Shown in pieces: positions 51,343 to 61,216 of a stretch of DNA of 64,000 nt. The position numbers were made by a program, and so were the translations under genes. The stretch lies in the IMG/VR virus record IMGVR_UViG_3300042519_000373, positions 1-64,000 of that record. One strand, given 5' to 3'. Every line of letters begins with the position of its first letter. Position 1 is the first letter of the stretch. This DNA is from an uncultured virus (IMG/VR IMGVR_UViG_3300042519_000373) (lineage: Duplodnaviria > Heunggongvirae > Uroviricota > Caudoviricetes). Below the pieces are notes generated by a model, which did not search any database, was not told where the DNA came from, and worked only from the letters and a program-made list of their open reading frames with translations.

Positions 51343-53565
51343 ATGTCATATACGATTAAATTTACAAACGGAAAAACATTAGCAGTAGTAGCTGATCAAT
51401 CAATTGACGACGTGTCAACTAGCATAACTTTAGTAGGTAAGAATGTTAATAATTACGGACAATATGTTAACGCTAATTTTGTTTCGTTACTTGAAAACTT
51501 TTCAAACTTAATTGAACCGTCTAGTCCTGTTGTGGGACAAACATGGTTTGATACAAGCGAGGGTCGACTAAAAGTTTATTCAACAGGCACATTCAAACCA
51601 GTTGGTGCTCCGATTATAAGCACAACTGAACCAGCTGGAGTAGTCCGCGGCGATTTGTGGGTGGATACTACTGACAATTTATTAAAATGGTATGACGGAA
51701 CAGTTTGGCAACTTGCTGCTAAACAATATTCTGACAGCGTAGGTAAAGAAGGGTGGTTCGTAGATACAATATCAGACAGTTCAGGTTTCGATCACGAGCT
51801 GTCTATTTTCTATAGCCAGGGTGTTCGTTGGGCAGTGATGTCTACATCAACTATTTCTCTTCAACCTGAAACATTAACAGCAATTGCTTTAGGTACTAGC
51901 ACTATTAGATCTGGTCTAATGATTAACAGTGCAATTGGTGCTAAATTTTATGGTGTAGCAACTAGTGCAGAAAGTATTCAGGGTGTTAGTCTTGATAGTG
52001 TATTAAGATCAAATTCTTCAACAGAAATTACTGGTAAATTTGATTTTGTTAACGATAACGGTATTTCAGTTGGAACAAATTCAAATGTTGAAATATTAGT
52101 TGACAATACTGGTGTAGTTACTAGTGTAATCCGTGGCACAATACAGGGTGAACCTTTAGAAATTAGATATAATAGTGTAACTACTGGTACTGATGCAGTG
52201 GCAATTCATATTGATTCTGATAATGATCGAATTGGAATTTTCAAACGAAATCCTACAGTTGATGTAGACATTGCCGGAGATGTAAATATTTCTGGAAACT
52301 TAACAGTACTTGGTACACAGGTAAGTGTAGAAACTACATTTATGCGAATTGAAGATAAAAATATCGAACTTGCAACTGGTCAAACTACTGCAACCGATGC
52401 TTTTATTGACGGCGGCGGCATTACACTGCATGGTACTACTGACAAACTTTGGGTGTTTAACGATTCGTCTGATTCGTGGCAATCTAATATTGGCATTGAC
52501 ACTTTAACTACTTCTGGATCTTATAAAATTGCGGGGGTTCCTGTATTAGAATGGGCAGGTGCTGCTGACTACAAATTAAGTTCATCAGTTAAGTTTGCTC
52601 CAGGATTAATTAATTTACCAGTTCTTCAAGGACTGACTGTTTCTAGTGTTGTTATCTACGATAAAAATATCACAACAGTTTCAACACCGTTAACTGATTT
52701 ATATTTAACTCCGTCTAGTGGTTACGTTAATTTAGATAATTCTAACAAGATTGTTGGCCTAGCAGCCACAATTGACCTTGACACAGATGACACCGCAGTG
52801 TCTAAGGGATACTTTGAAGGACGACTTGCTGGTGCATTAGGTGGTTATAGTGCTAGAAAGCCATATACATTAGCCATCGATATAACTGATTTTGACACAG
52901 TAAATGAAGATATTATTGCAATACTAGATGTTACGTTGCCAGTTGACGGTTTTGGTGATCCTTATTATGTTCAGCCTGACGGTGCTAGATGTACTATATT
53001 ATGTACCAAGTATGAAGCTACTACTGCAACATATTTGTTGAATAACTTAAACACTTCTACCGTTAGAAAATTATTTAATATTGTTACTGGAATCGATTAC
53101 ACAGCAACTTCAACAACTACTTCGTTTATTAATACAATAACAAGTACATCTACACTACTAGTTACCGACTTTGAATTAGCAGGTAATGTAACAATTGCTA
53201 CTCCTATGCCTCGTATTGTTAGAACTGTAAAATTGTTTGCAGTTATTGCAGGTTACTGGACATTTATTGAAGATGTTGATACTACATATCTAACATCTGA
53301 TAGTGCATCTACTCTAACTACAGGATTAAAAACTTTCACAGTTAACAAAAGTAGTTCTACAATTTATAGCTTCCCAACATTATGGGGCAGCATATTCAGT
53401 ACCGGCACTAGCATAACAATTAGAGAAACTGATACACAGGTTAACTACCTACAGGGAACAATTTCTGAATATTCAGGAACTAACTTAACAGTTAATGTAA
53501 CCGCTGCATACAATACTGCAACAACATCAACATTCACATCGTGGATTATTAGAAGAGACCTATAA
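51343..53565 (+). CDS. Tail fibre/baseplate accessory protein (paralog 2)
   Basis: Shared N-terminal 'TSITLVGKN...YG...NF..LLENF...P..GQ.WFD'. Confidence 0.7.
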   Translation: MSYTIKFTNGKTLAVVADQSIDDVSTSITLVGKNVNNYGQYVNANFVSLLENFSNLIEPSSPVVGQTWFDTSEGRLKVYSTGTFKPVGAPIISTTEPAGVVRGDLWVDTTDNLLKWYDGTVWQLAAKQYSDSVGKEGWFVDTISDSSGFDHELSIFYSQGVRWAVMSTSTISLQPETLTAIALGTSTIRSGLMINSAIGAKFYGVATSAESIQGVSLDSVLRSNSSTEITGKFDFVNDNGISVGTNSNVEILVDNTGVVTSVIRGTIQGEPLEIRYNSVTTGTDAVAIHIDSDNDRIGIFKRNPTVDVDIAGDVNISGNLTVLGTQVSVETTFMRIEDKNIELATGQTTATDAFIDGGGITLHGTTDKLWVFNDSSDSWQSNIGIDTLTTSGSYKIAGVPVLEWAGAADYKLSSSVKFAPGLINLPVLQGLTVSSVVIYDKNITTVSTPLTDLYLTPSSGYVNLDNSNKIVGLAATIDLDTDDTAVSKGYFEGRLAGALGGYSARKPYTLAIDITDFDTVNEDIIAILDVTLPVDGFGDPYYVQPDGARCTILCTKYEATTATYLLNNLNTSTVRKLFNIVTGIDYTATSTTTSFINTITSTSTLLVTDFELAGNVTIATPMPRIVRTVKLFAVIAGYWTFIEDVDTTYLTSDSASTLTTGLKTFTVNKSSSTIYSFPTLWGSIFSTGTSITIRETDTQVNYLQGTISEYSGTNLTVNVTAAYNTATTSTFTSWIIRRDL

Positions 53566-53579
53566 CGGAGAGCAACTAG

Positions 53580-55202
53580 ATGCCTTATAATTTGAATTAT
53601 TTTGACGGGAGAGCTTTTATAACCCTTGCAGACGGGGTAGTCGATCAGCAGGCTTCTTCTAGTCTCTATTTAATTGGTAAAGATGTTACTAGTTATGGTA
53701 CTATTCAAAACGATAACTTCCTTTGGTTGACTGAAAATTTTGCAGGAACAGTAGAACCTGTTAATAAAGTACAAGGGCAACTTTGGTTTGACAAATCTAT
53801 TAGTGTGTTAAAACCAAAAGTATACGACGGTGCAGAATGGAGAACTATTGGAATTGTTACCTCAGGTGTAACCTCTGCAACAAATGCAACACTTGGTGAT
53901 TTTTGGTACGAAACTTCTGCAGGACAATTGTTTATTAAGAACACGCTATCCAATTATTCATTAATTGGACCAGAAGCAGTTCCTGGATTTGGCACTACTA
54001 AGTTTGTGTCAACTAAAGTTATTGATACTGCCGACGGATTGCATGCCTGTATTGTGATGTACGCCGATGGCATAATTTTAGGTGCAGTGTCTAATGATGA
54101 CTTTGATGTTAAATCTACTGAAGCAGTATACCTTGCAGGAATTCCACATGTTGGTAGAGGCTTTAATTTTGCATCTGGTGCAAGTATTAGTTCCGACGAT
54201 ATATATTTAAAAGCAGATGTTGCTGAAGTAATTACCGCAAGATGGTCTTTTACTAATAGTAGCGGTATTGGAATTGGTACATCTACTATCTATTCGAGCG
54301 AAGCTGGCAATTTAACATTACAATCTACAAATAGAAGTGTTGTGGTTAATGCATCTGAATTTAGGCCGGGAAGTAATTTAACAACATTAGGAAATTCTTC
54401 AAATAAATTTGCTAAAGTTTACACAAGTGAAATTAATGCAGGTAGTAGTATAACTTCTGCAAATTTAGTTGGTAAGTTTATTTTAAGTTCTAGTAGTAAA
54501 ATTGAACCAGGTACTGATGGTACAATTAGTTTTGGTGCATCAAATGCCCGCTTTGCTACTTTATTCTCTAAAGGATTAAATTCTGGAGGAACTACTGAAG
54601 AAGGCACCATTACTGGTGCTTGGAAATTAGGTGCAGGTAGTTCTCTTGATGTGTCAGGCGGCTCGTTTATTTCGGCTACTTCGGATGCTAACACTGTAAC
54701 TGCAATAATTAATGTTATTTCACCAAAATTATCAGCAGGTAGTCCTAGCACTAACGGAACATTTGTAGGCCAGTGGTCGTTTGGCCCAGGTTCATCTTTA
54801 ACATTACCAATTGGTACAACATCATACTATGCTGACATTGCAGAAAGATATGCAAGTGATGTGCAGTATGAATCTGGAACAGTAGTAATGTTTGGCGGGA
54901 CATCGGAAGTGACTATTGCAAATGTCCACAGCACCGCCGCAGTTGCCGGAATTGTAACAACAGAACCTGCACAAATTTTAAATTCTGATTTAACTGACTC
55001 AGTTGCAATTGCTTTAGTTGGCCGAGTACCTTGCAAGGTAACAGGCAATATCACTCGAGGTAATTTATTAGTTGTGAGTCATATTCCGGGAGTCCTTACA
55101 ACTTCGCTATTCCCAAGTCCGGGAACAATTGTAGCGAAAGCAATGGAAAATTATAACTCTCCAAATGTGGGAGTAATTGAAGTAATGGTAACAAGAGGCT
55201 AA
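53580..55202 (+). CDS. Tail fibre protein (paralog 3) with a C-terminal peptidase G2-like/chaperone domain
   Basis: Shared N-terminus; 'YADIAERY...GTVV...ALVGRVPCKV.G.I..G.LLV'. Confidence 0.7.
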   Translation: MPYNLNYFDGRAFITLADGVVDQQASSSLYLIGKDVTSYGTIQNDNFLWLTENFAGTVEPVNKVQGQLWFDKSISVLKPKVYDGAEWRTIGIVTSGVTSATNATLGDFWYETSAGQLFIKNTLSNYSLIGPEAVPGFGTTKFVSTKVIDTADGLHACIVMYADGIILGAVSNDDFDVKSTEAVYLAGIPHVGRGFNFASGASISSDDIYLKADVAEVITARWSFTNSSGIGIGTSTIYSSEAGNLTLQSTNRSVVVNASEFRPGSNLTTLGNSSNKFAKVYTSEINAGSSITSANLVGKFILSSSSKIEPGTDGTISFGASNARFATLFSKGLNSGGTTEEGTITGAWKLGAGSSLDVSGGSFISATSDANTVTAIINVISPKLSAGSPSTNGTFVGQWSFGPGSSLTLPIGTTSYYADIAERYASDVQYESGTVVMFGGTSEVTIANVHSTAAVAGIVTTEPAQILNSDLTDSVAIALVGRVPCKVTGNITRGNLLVVSHIPGVLTTSLFPSPGTIVAKAMENYNSPNVGVIEVMVTRG

Positions 55203-55205
55203 TGA

Positions 55206-56585
55206 ATGTCATATATTATTAACAAATCAAACGGTGCAAAATTAGTTACTATCGAGGATGGATCTATTAACGTTTCTGTTTGTGATCTATCTTTAGTTGG
55301 TAAAAATTATGCCGGCTATGGCGAATCTATCGCAACTAATTTTGTTAAACTTTTAGAAAATTTCTCAAACAGTAAACAACCACCTAAACCAATTACTGGT
55401 CAAATTTGGTACGATAGCACTAATAGAAAAATTAAATTCTACAATGGTGCAGAGTTTAAACCAGTTCCTTCGTTACAATCATCAACAGATTATCCCACTG
55501 ATCAATATAAAGGTGATCTGCATTACAACGAAACTGAAGGTAAACTTTACTATTATGATGGTACAGGATACGTTTTAATTGGACCACAACTAACAGGCAA
55601 ATCTGCAATTAACACAGTAACACCTGTTCTTCTACAAGAATCAAACGGGCAAGTACATTATGTACTGAAGCACCAAATTCAAGATCAGTTCGTTGAAACA
55701 GACCTTAAAGATATTGTAATTGCTTCAAGGGCTCAATTTGTTCCAACATCTGGAGATTATTCAGATTATCCTATTATCAAAAGAGGATTAACATTACCCG
55801 GAACAAACAGTTTTGGAGTATCTTACAGTTCTGGAAGTCCTGAAGGTTACTTACTATGGGGCACAGCTTCTGACAGTATTCGATTAAACGGCAAGGAGTC
55901 TAGTGATTTTGTCACATACGAATCTCCTATTTTTACAGCACAGGTACAGGTTAATAATGTCAGTGGAGTTAACATTGCACAAAATCAATTAAGATTATTT
56001 TCCAATGTAAACGGTGCTCAAGTTACTTCAAGTTTATATAGAATTAGTTTAAATGTCACTGATACTAACCAAGAAATTATAAATGTTGTTAACGTTGATG
56101 CTAGCGATAATCCAGCATTGCTTGCAAGTAGAACACTGGGAACCTTGGTTAATATTGGCAGTGCTTCAAATCCTTTTAACATCATATACGGTAACGAGTT
56201 TAATACAGCGGGTGCTGACTTGGCAGAAAATTATCTTGCAGATGCTCAATACGAACCGGGCACTGTACTACGTTTGGGCGGAACAGCAGAAGTTACTATC
56301 TGTGCAAGTTACGAACATGAAGGTATTGCAGGCATTGTATCTACTCAACCTGGGTATCTACTGAATAGAGATTTGGTCAACGGAGTTGCTATTGCACTTA
56401 AAGGCCGTGTACCTTGTAAAGTAAAAGGACCAGTTAAGAAAGGTGATGTACTAGTTTCGTCTAACATCCCTGGACATGCTGAAGTTCGTAAGTACGGACA
56501 TAGAACAAATCCAATGGCAGTGCTAGGAAAGGCACTCCAAGACTTTGACGGTGAAACAGGCGTTATTGAAGTAATGGTATATTAA
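55206..56585 (+). CDS. Tail fibre protein (paralog 4) with a C-terminal peptidase G2-like/chaperone domain
   Basis: Shared N-terminus; 'ADLAENY...EPGTVL...ALKGRVPCKVKGPVKKGDVLV'. Confidence 0.7.
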   Translation: MSYIINKSNGAKLVTIEDGSINVSVCDLSLVGKNYAGYGESIATNFVKLLENFSNSKQPPKPITGQIWYDSTNRKIKFYNGAEFKPVPSLQSSTDYPTDQYKGDLHYNETEGKLYYYDGTGYVLIGPQLTGKSAINTVTPVLLQESNGQVHYVLKHQIQDQFVETDLKDIVIASRAQFVPTSGDYSDYPIIKRGLTLPGTNSFGVSYSSGSPEGYLLWGTASDSIRLNGKESSDFVTYESPIFTAQVQVNNVSGVNIAQNQLRLFSNVNGAQVTSSLYRISLNVTDTNQEIINVVNVDASDNPALLASRTLGTLVNIGSASNPFNIIYGNEFNTAGADLAENYLADAQYEPGTVLRLGGTAEVTICASYEHEGIAGIVSTQPGYLLNRDLVNGVAIALKGRVPCKVKGPVKKGDVLVSSNIPGHAEVRKYGHRTNPMAVLGKALQDFDGETGVIEVMVY

Positions 56586-56608
56586 AAAAGCCCCTTCCGG
56601 GGCTTTTT
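56585..56608. terminator. Bidirectional intrinsic terminator between convergent blocks
   Basis: AAAAAGCCCC-TTCC-GGGGCTTTTT between two convergent stop codons. Confidence 0.88.
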
Positions 56609-57233
56609 ATGCTTCAGTAGTTTCTACTTTTGAAGTTTTCTTCTTTGGCGGATCAATAGTGTCTGCCTCTTTTCGTAATCTTGCAGCCTCTTTAAAAAGT
56701 GCATCTGCTCGGCTACGCATTTCTGTAGGAGACAACTCTACAGGTGTGCTGTCAACGACAATTTCGTTTTCTTTGATTTTGTCTTCTCTAGCTCTGTCCC
56801 ATTTAGTTTTTACAGATTCCTTTGCAACAGGACTTGCTGGTTTCTGCTCAGTTGATTCTGTAATAGATAATTGATCAATAGTAATACCTTTTTGGTCAGC
56901 AACTAGTTGATTTAGTTCACTTAATGCAATTTGATTCTTATTATCAAATACCATAGTGACCATGTTGGTTGCAACTTTGGTCAATAGTCCATTACGGTGT
57001 AAGAATTCCAACATGTTGGAACCATCTGGGAACCTGCGTACAGCCAGTACATCTGCAAGTTCATTTGCTTGCTGACCGGACTCGCTTTCAATTAGACTCA
57101 TAAGAGAATCGTGGAATGCATCAGGTAATGCATTAGTACCGCATACTAGAGCACTGGTAGCTTCGCCGGGCAGTGTTCTAAACACAACGGCTAACTTTGC
57201 TCCGTTGTTCTTCATTTTTCCAACATGTTTCAT
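56607..57233 (-). CDS. Hypothetical protein
   Basis: 208-aa ORF with AAGGA RBS; C-terminal coiled coil. Confidence 0.7.
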   Translation of the reverse strand: MKHVGKMKNNGAKLAVVFRTLPGEATSALVCGTNALPDAFHDSLMSLIESESGQQANELADVLAVRRFPDGSNMLEFLHRNGLLTKVATNMVTMVFDNKNQIALSELNQLVADQKGITIDQLSITESTEQKPASPVAKESVKTKWDRAREDKIKENEIVVDSTPVELSPTEMRSRADALFKEAARLRKEADTIDPPKKKTSKVETTEA

Positions 57234-57242
57234 ATTTTATCC

Positions 57243-57458
57243 TTATTCTGGTTGAGCAGTTTGCTCAGCAGCCTCTGGTGCTTTCTGTGCAGGTACAACA
57301 GCAGCCAAGAAGGTATCTAATTTATTAAATACACCTCCAACTGCGGCCATCTCGGCTGCTTTGAATGCACCGCGAGTTGCGGCAATATCAATAATAGATC
57401 TTACATTTTGTAGATCTGTAATTGTTAGCTCAGGGGCTTGTTTTTCTTGTTCTGACAT
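57243..57458 (-). CDS. Hypothetical protein
   Basis: 71-aa ORF, AAGGA RBS, 'IIDIAATRGAFKA.EM'. Confidence 0.7.
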   Translation of the reverse strand: MSEQEKQAPELTITDLQNVRSIIDIAATRGAFKAAEMAAVGGVFNKLDTFLAAVVPAQKAPEAAEQTAQPE

Positions 57459-57460
57459 TT

Positions 57461-57739
57461 TTAATCCTTATGCAAAAGTGGACAGGCTAACGATAGCATA
57501 GATAGTTCTTTTGCATCTTCAACACCTATCTCGATAGCAGTAGTTAGCTTATTATCATCCACGATGGTGCATTTTCTGACGCAATAACGACTATCCAAAT
57601 TAAGATAAATCCATTTATCTAGCTCTCTAATATCGAGCATTTTTTTAATTTGGAGCTTGCTAAAATTAGGAGGAATCCGATCCAATCTCCTCATTGAGAG
57701 AACATTTAACGGATTCACCCTTCCTTTACTGATAGCCAT
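57461..57739 (-). CDS. Hypothetical protein
   Basis: 92-aa ORF, tightly packed in the operon. Confidence 0.65.
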   Translation of the reverse strand: MAISKGRVNPLNVLSMRRLDRIPPNFSKLQIKKMLDIRELDKWIYLNLDSRYCVRKCTIVDDNKLTTAIEIGVEDAKELSMLSLACPLLHKD

Positions 57740-57751
57740 AATATACCTACT

Positions 57752-59014
57752 TTATTTATAATAGGCAGTCTGGCCGAATGGAGAAACAATAGATTCAGTA
57801 CCGTGGATCACAAACAGTGTTTCACAGTAGTTTTCGTCGCCCCAGCTACCGCAAGGATATCCGTCTGTAAACATAATAAAACGCTTAGGCTCAATACCTT
57901 CTTCTTTCATGAAGTCCCAGTTGGCATCAAAATCAGTTCCACCGCCACCTTTAACATCGTAGCTCATAATTTCGTCAGCAGTGTCACCAGTGAATTTTGC
58001 ATAGTTATAGACACTGGTATCAAAGCACCACAGATCAAGTTTAAAGTCTTGATACTCGTCCATAATGCCCTTAACTTCACTTAAGAAGTCTTTTGCCATA
58101 GAGTCCGAAATACTACCACTCATGTCAATTGCAACAGACACATCGATAGTTTCTTCGTTCATCATACCTGGCAAGATAGCACCACAGTGCTGTGACTTAC
58201 GATTAGGACGCTGGAAGCTAAAATTGCTCTTAATGATACTTTGGATATTCATGCGGAGCAGTTGACGCCAATCCATTTTAGGCTCAGTGAAGTCTTTGAT
58301 AAGACGTTGAACACCTGCAGGAATACGGCCGGCACCTGCTGCCTGAGCAGCCGCTACCATTGCTTCTTTAATCTCGTCTCGGATAGCTTTCTTTTCTTCA
58401 GCAGTTAGTCGAGGACGACCTTTACCACTACCGTCTACTTCCTCGCCATCCTCGCCTTCACTCTCTCCATCGCCTTCTCCGTCCAAGTGCTCGTCGAGTA
58501 GTTCGCCGAGCTGACTTAGATCAATCTTTTCAGCCTTCTCGTATAACTCGTCATAAATCTGTTCGTAACTCCAACCGCGGTATTTGTTGTCTTGGAAGAT
58601 TTTAATAAAATTAGGCACTTCCCCAATTTTCTCATCTTTGAGAATCTGATTGGCTGCATAATCTGCGGCAATGTTTGACAGTTTAGGATCTCGTCCATCA
58701 CGGCGGCCCATGTGATCAAAAACGTTGTGAAGAACTTCGTGTGCAAATCCAAACTCTGCCTCTTTGGGTTTAAGTTTATTCACAAAGTCTAGATTGTAAT
58801 AGAAATTACGTCCGTCTGTTGCTAATGTTGAACACCATTCTGATGCATCAATTAACTTCATACGTGTGGCAAGATTACCAAAGAACGGATGACGGAGCAA
58901 CAGACCAACTCGTGCGGTGATCAGTTTATCTACAATTTTTGCCTTTTCGGCGGAAGTGTATTCTTTTGCAGGTGCAGTCTTTTTGACTTTTTCTGCTTTC
59001 ATAACTGTTGACAT
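57752..59014 (-). CDS. Metallopeptidase-like (HExxH) plus vWA domain protein (DUF2201-type)
   Basis: 'TLATDG', 'AHEVLH', MIDAS 'IDMSGSI', 'GGGGTDF', 'FTDGY'. Confidence 0.88.
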   Translation of the reverse strand: MSTVMKAEKVKKTAPAKEYTSAEKAKIVDKLITARVGLLLRHPFFGNLATRMKLIDASEWCSTLATDGRNFYYNLDFVNKLKPKEAEFGFAHEVLHNVFDHMGRRDGRDPKLSNIAADYAANQILKDEKIGEVPNFIKIFQDNKYRGWSYEQIYDELYEKAEKIDLSQLGELLDEHLDGEGDGESEGEDGEEVDGSGKGRPRLTAEEKKAIRDEIKEAMVAAAQAAGAGRIPAGVQRLIKDFTEPKMDWRQLLRMNIQSIIKSNFSFQRPNRKSQHCGAILPGMMNEETIDVSVAIDMSGSISDSMAKDFLSEVKGIMDEYQDFKLDLWCFDTSVYNYAKFTGDTADEIMSYDVKGGGGTDFDANWDFMKEEGIEPKRFIMFTDGYPCGSWGDENYCETLFVIHGTESIVSPFGQTAYYK

Positions 59015-59041
59015 ATTGTGTCCTTTTGTTGTCTATGTATT

Positions 59042-59070
59042 ATTATATACCCAAAACTGTTAAAAGTCAA
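59042..59070 (-). promoter_or_regulatory. Sigma70 consensus early promoter
   Basis: TTGACT-N17-TATAAT upstream of the vWA gene. Confidence 0.8.
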
Positions 59071-59072
59071 GC

Positions 59073-59093
59073 AAAAAGGGCCCCGAAGGGCCC
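59073..59093 (-). terminator. Intrinsic terminator after the AAA ATPase gene
   Basis: GGGCCC-UUCG-GGGCCC plus U5 on the minus strand. Confidence 0.85.
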
Positions 59094-59097
59094 AATT

Positions 59098-60180
59098 TTA
59101 ACCTTCCATTGCTTGGATAATGTACTTGCCGTACTTGTCATGGAACTTGTCAAAGTTCTTCAACTTAGACGCATCAAACGGCAGTTGATAGTTAGTCAAC
59201 GCAACCTTTGCACCCATAACAACCAATTCAGTTGGAAAATTATCCATCATAAATCCAAAGAAGTTATCTGCCATACTGTCCCACTCTTTGACTTTCTTGC
59301 GATCTGCTTCTTGAAGCTCGTAGCACATAGAAGTTGTCAAAGAATACATAGCGGAGATTTCTTTGATATTGATCTTAGTAACCTTGCCTGACAGAATGTC
59401 TTCGGGCTGTGGCATCTGTTTAGCAACCTTGCGGTGTGCCATAAACTTAACAGCAAGACCTTCACCAATAGCACCCGACACTAGGTCAGTCAGTGTACGT
59501 TCATCCAAGTCGTCGTCAATCAACAGATCGGATACAAAGCTCCAAGAGCGAGGTGTAGCAAAGGCACGTGAACTAGACTTTGGATCAAAGTCATACAGGT
59601 CTTGTTTGGCAAACGAGCAGTATCCAACAACCTGTTCATGGATACGATTCTTAGTAGCCCACATGAGCCAGTCTTCGAAATCTGTACGGAGTTCTAAGTG
59701 CAAGAAACGGTTAGCCAACGGAGCAGGCATACGATAAGTAACACCCTTGTCAGTTTCACGGTTACCTGCGGCAACAATTGAAACACCATCTGGCAATTTG
59801 TAAGTACCAACTCGGCGGTTTAAAACTAGCTGGTATGCCGCGGCCTGTGTAGCAGGTGCCGCTGAATTCAATTCATCCAAGAACAAGATTGCAGTAGATT
59901 CTGGATCAGTGGGCAGTTCTGCAGGAGGTGCCCAAGTCATTGTGTTGGAAGTAGAGTTGTAATAAGGAATACCTTTGATATCGGTAGGTTCCCAAAGTGA
60001 CAAACGAACGTCAATCACTTCGCGATTTTGTTCATCGCCAATTTGTTTAACAATATCGGACTTGCCGATGCCTGGAGCACCCCACATGAATACTGGACGC
60101 TTAATCTTTACGCACTTGCGAATAGACTTTTTTGCTTCGTTAGGAGTGACTGCACGATTACCGCTGAGAGCTTCTGCCAT
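59098..60180 (-). CDS. MoxR-like/dynein-related AAA+ ATPase
   Basis: Walker A 'GAPGIGKS', Walker B 'LFLDE', 'AAGN', 'LANRF', 'TPRSW'. Confidence 0.92.
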   Translation of the reverse strand: MAEALSGNRAVTPNEAKKSIRKCVKIKRPVFMWGAPGIGKSDIVKQIGDEQNREVIDVRLSLWEPTDIKGIPYYNSTSNTMTWAPPAELPTDPESTAILFLDELNSAAPATQAAAYQLVLNRRVGTYKLPDGVSIVAAGNRETDKGVTYRMPAPLANRFLHLELRTDFEDWLMWATKNRIHEQVVGYCSFAKQDLYDFDPKSSSRAFATPRSWSFVSDLLIDDDLDERTLTDLVSGAIGEGLAVKFMAHRKVAKQMPQPEDILSGKVTKINIKEISAMYSLTTSMCYELQEADRKKVKEWDSMADNFFGFMMDNFPTELVVMGAKVALTNYQLPFDASKLKNFDKFHDKYGKYIIQAMEG

Positions 60181-60239
60181 TTTAAAACCTTAAAAAATGT
60201 GTTGAAAATTTGTACGCTGTATCGTTAGCGTATGTATTG

Positions 60240-60268
60240 ATTATACAGGCTTTTTAGTCAGTTGTCAA
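60240..60268 (-). promoter_or_regulatory. Perfect sigma70 consensus early promoter
   Basis: TTGACA-N17-TATAAT upstream of the AAA ATPase gene. Confidence 0.85.
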
Positions 60269-60661
60269 TGGTTTTTGCTGTTGTGTTTTTGCAACACTCA
60301 TAGCTTTAGAAAGGCCGTATTTTTGAATATTTCCGGAAAATAACACTAATTGCACAGCCATCTTTTCTCTATATACAAAGATAGCTTTTTTGGTTAGATA
60401 AAATGGACAATCAATAAATTGATCCATTTGGATAATTAACCGATTTGTCCATTCAATTTCTTTTGGGAGATCAATTTGATAGCATTTGATGTCAGCAAGT
60501 TGCATCCATTCTTGCCCGGAATCAGTTAGTCTTAATCCGCCTGTTGCTTTTTGTCTAGGATTCATCCAAAATGCAGGCAGCATTTTTTTAACATACTCGT
60601 CGTGATGAGGCTTTCCTAGTGTTTCTAAAACGTATTTGACTATTTCAGTCCGCTGATTCAT
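60254..60661 (-). CDS. Hypothetical protein
   Basis: 135-aa ORF, 'GGLRLTDSG' segment, overlaps the upstream gene. Confidence 0.7.
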   Translation of the reverse strand: MNQRTEIVKYVLETLGKPHHDEYVKKMLPAFWMNPRQKATGGLRLTDSGQEWMQLADIKCYQIDLPKEIEWTNRLIIQMDQFIDCPFYLTKKAIFVYREKMAVQLVLFSGNIQKYGLSKAMSVAKTQQQKPLTTD

Positions 60662-60944
60662 TGCCTAGTTTTTCACCAGTTGTGAGTTTATAAACGGAGA
60701 AGTCCTGGCAATTAAACATTTTGTTCAGTCGTTCCGCTAGATTGTGTGCATGTCCGCTGTTGGAAAAACTAACTTTTTTATACTTTGGACCTAGGTCTTG
60801 TGCTACTATGCTGGTAGTTTTTAAGTTGACAGGCCTGTCTTTATAAAAAACTGCCCAAATGGCATCAGCTTCCAATACCTGTTCAGTCTTGTAATTTTTT
60901 TTATTTGTTAGTTCTAATAATACTGTAGGTTTAGGTCTGCTCAT
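60645..60944 (-). CDS. Hypothetical protein
   Basis: 99-aa ORF 'MSRPKPTVLLE...KYKKVSFSNSGHA'; GGAGA RBS and TAAATA box upstream. Confidence 0.75.
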   Translation of the reverse strand: MSRPKPTVLLELTNKKNYKTEQVLEADAIWAVFYKDRPVNLKTTSIVAQDLGPKYKKVSFSNSGHAHNLAERLNKMFNCQDFSVYKLTTGEKLGNESAD

Positions 60945-60988
60945 GATGCGTACATTCTCCGTTATATACGCATTTATTTAGTTGGGAC

Positions 60989-61216
60989 TTATCGAAATCC
61001 GCCCCCGTCCATTGAGACCTGTATCACATCTTCTTGACTAGGTTGCTGTACAAAGTCTTCTAATTTTCCCACTAGTCTAGTCATAACAACCGCAAGACTG
61101 TCTGCTAATGCAGTGGCTTCATTTATGTCTAGAACTACAGTCTTTTGACCTGATTTCTTTGCAATACGAGCCTTTTCGAGATAGTTTTCGATGGCTAATG
61201 TGTTAATTTGTTTCAT
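60989..61216 (-). CDS. Hypothetical protein
   Basis: 75-aa ORF ending 'MDGGGFR', overlapping the upstream gene. Confidence 0.65.
   Translation of the reverse strand: MKQINTLAIENYLEKARIAKKSGQKTVVLDINEATALADSLAVVMTRLVGKLEDFVQQPSQEDVIQVSMDGGGFR

Noticed and set aside
49093..56585. Diversity-generating retroelement or invertible fibre cassette
   Set aside because: No reverse transcriptase or invertase gene and no near-identical template/variable repeat pair seen in this window.
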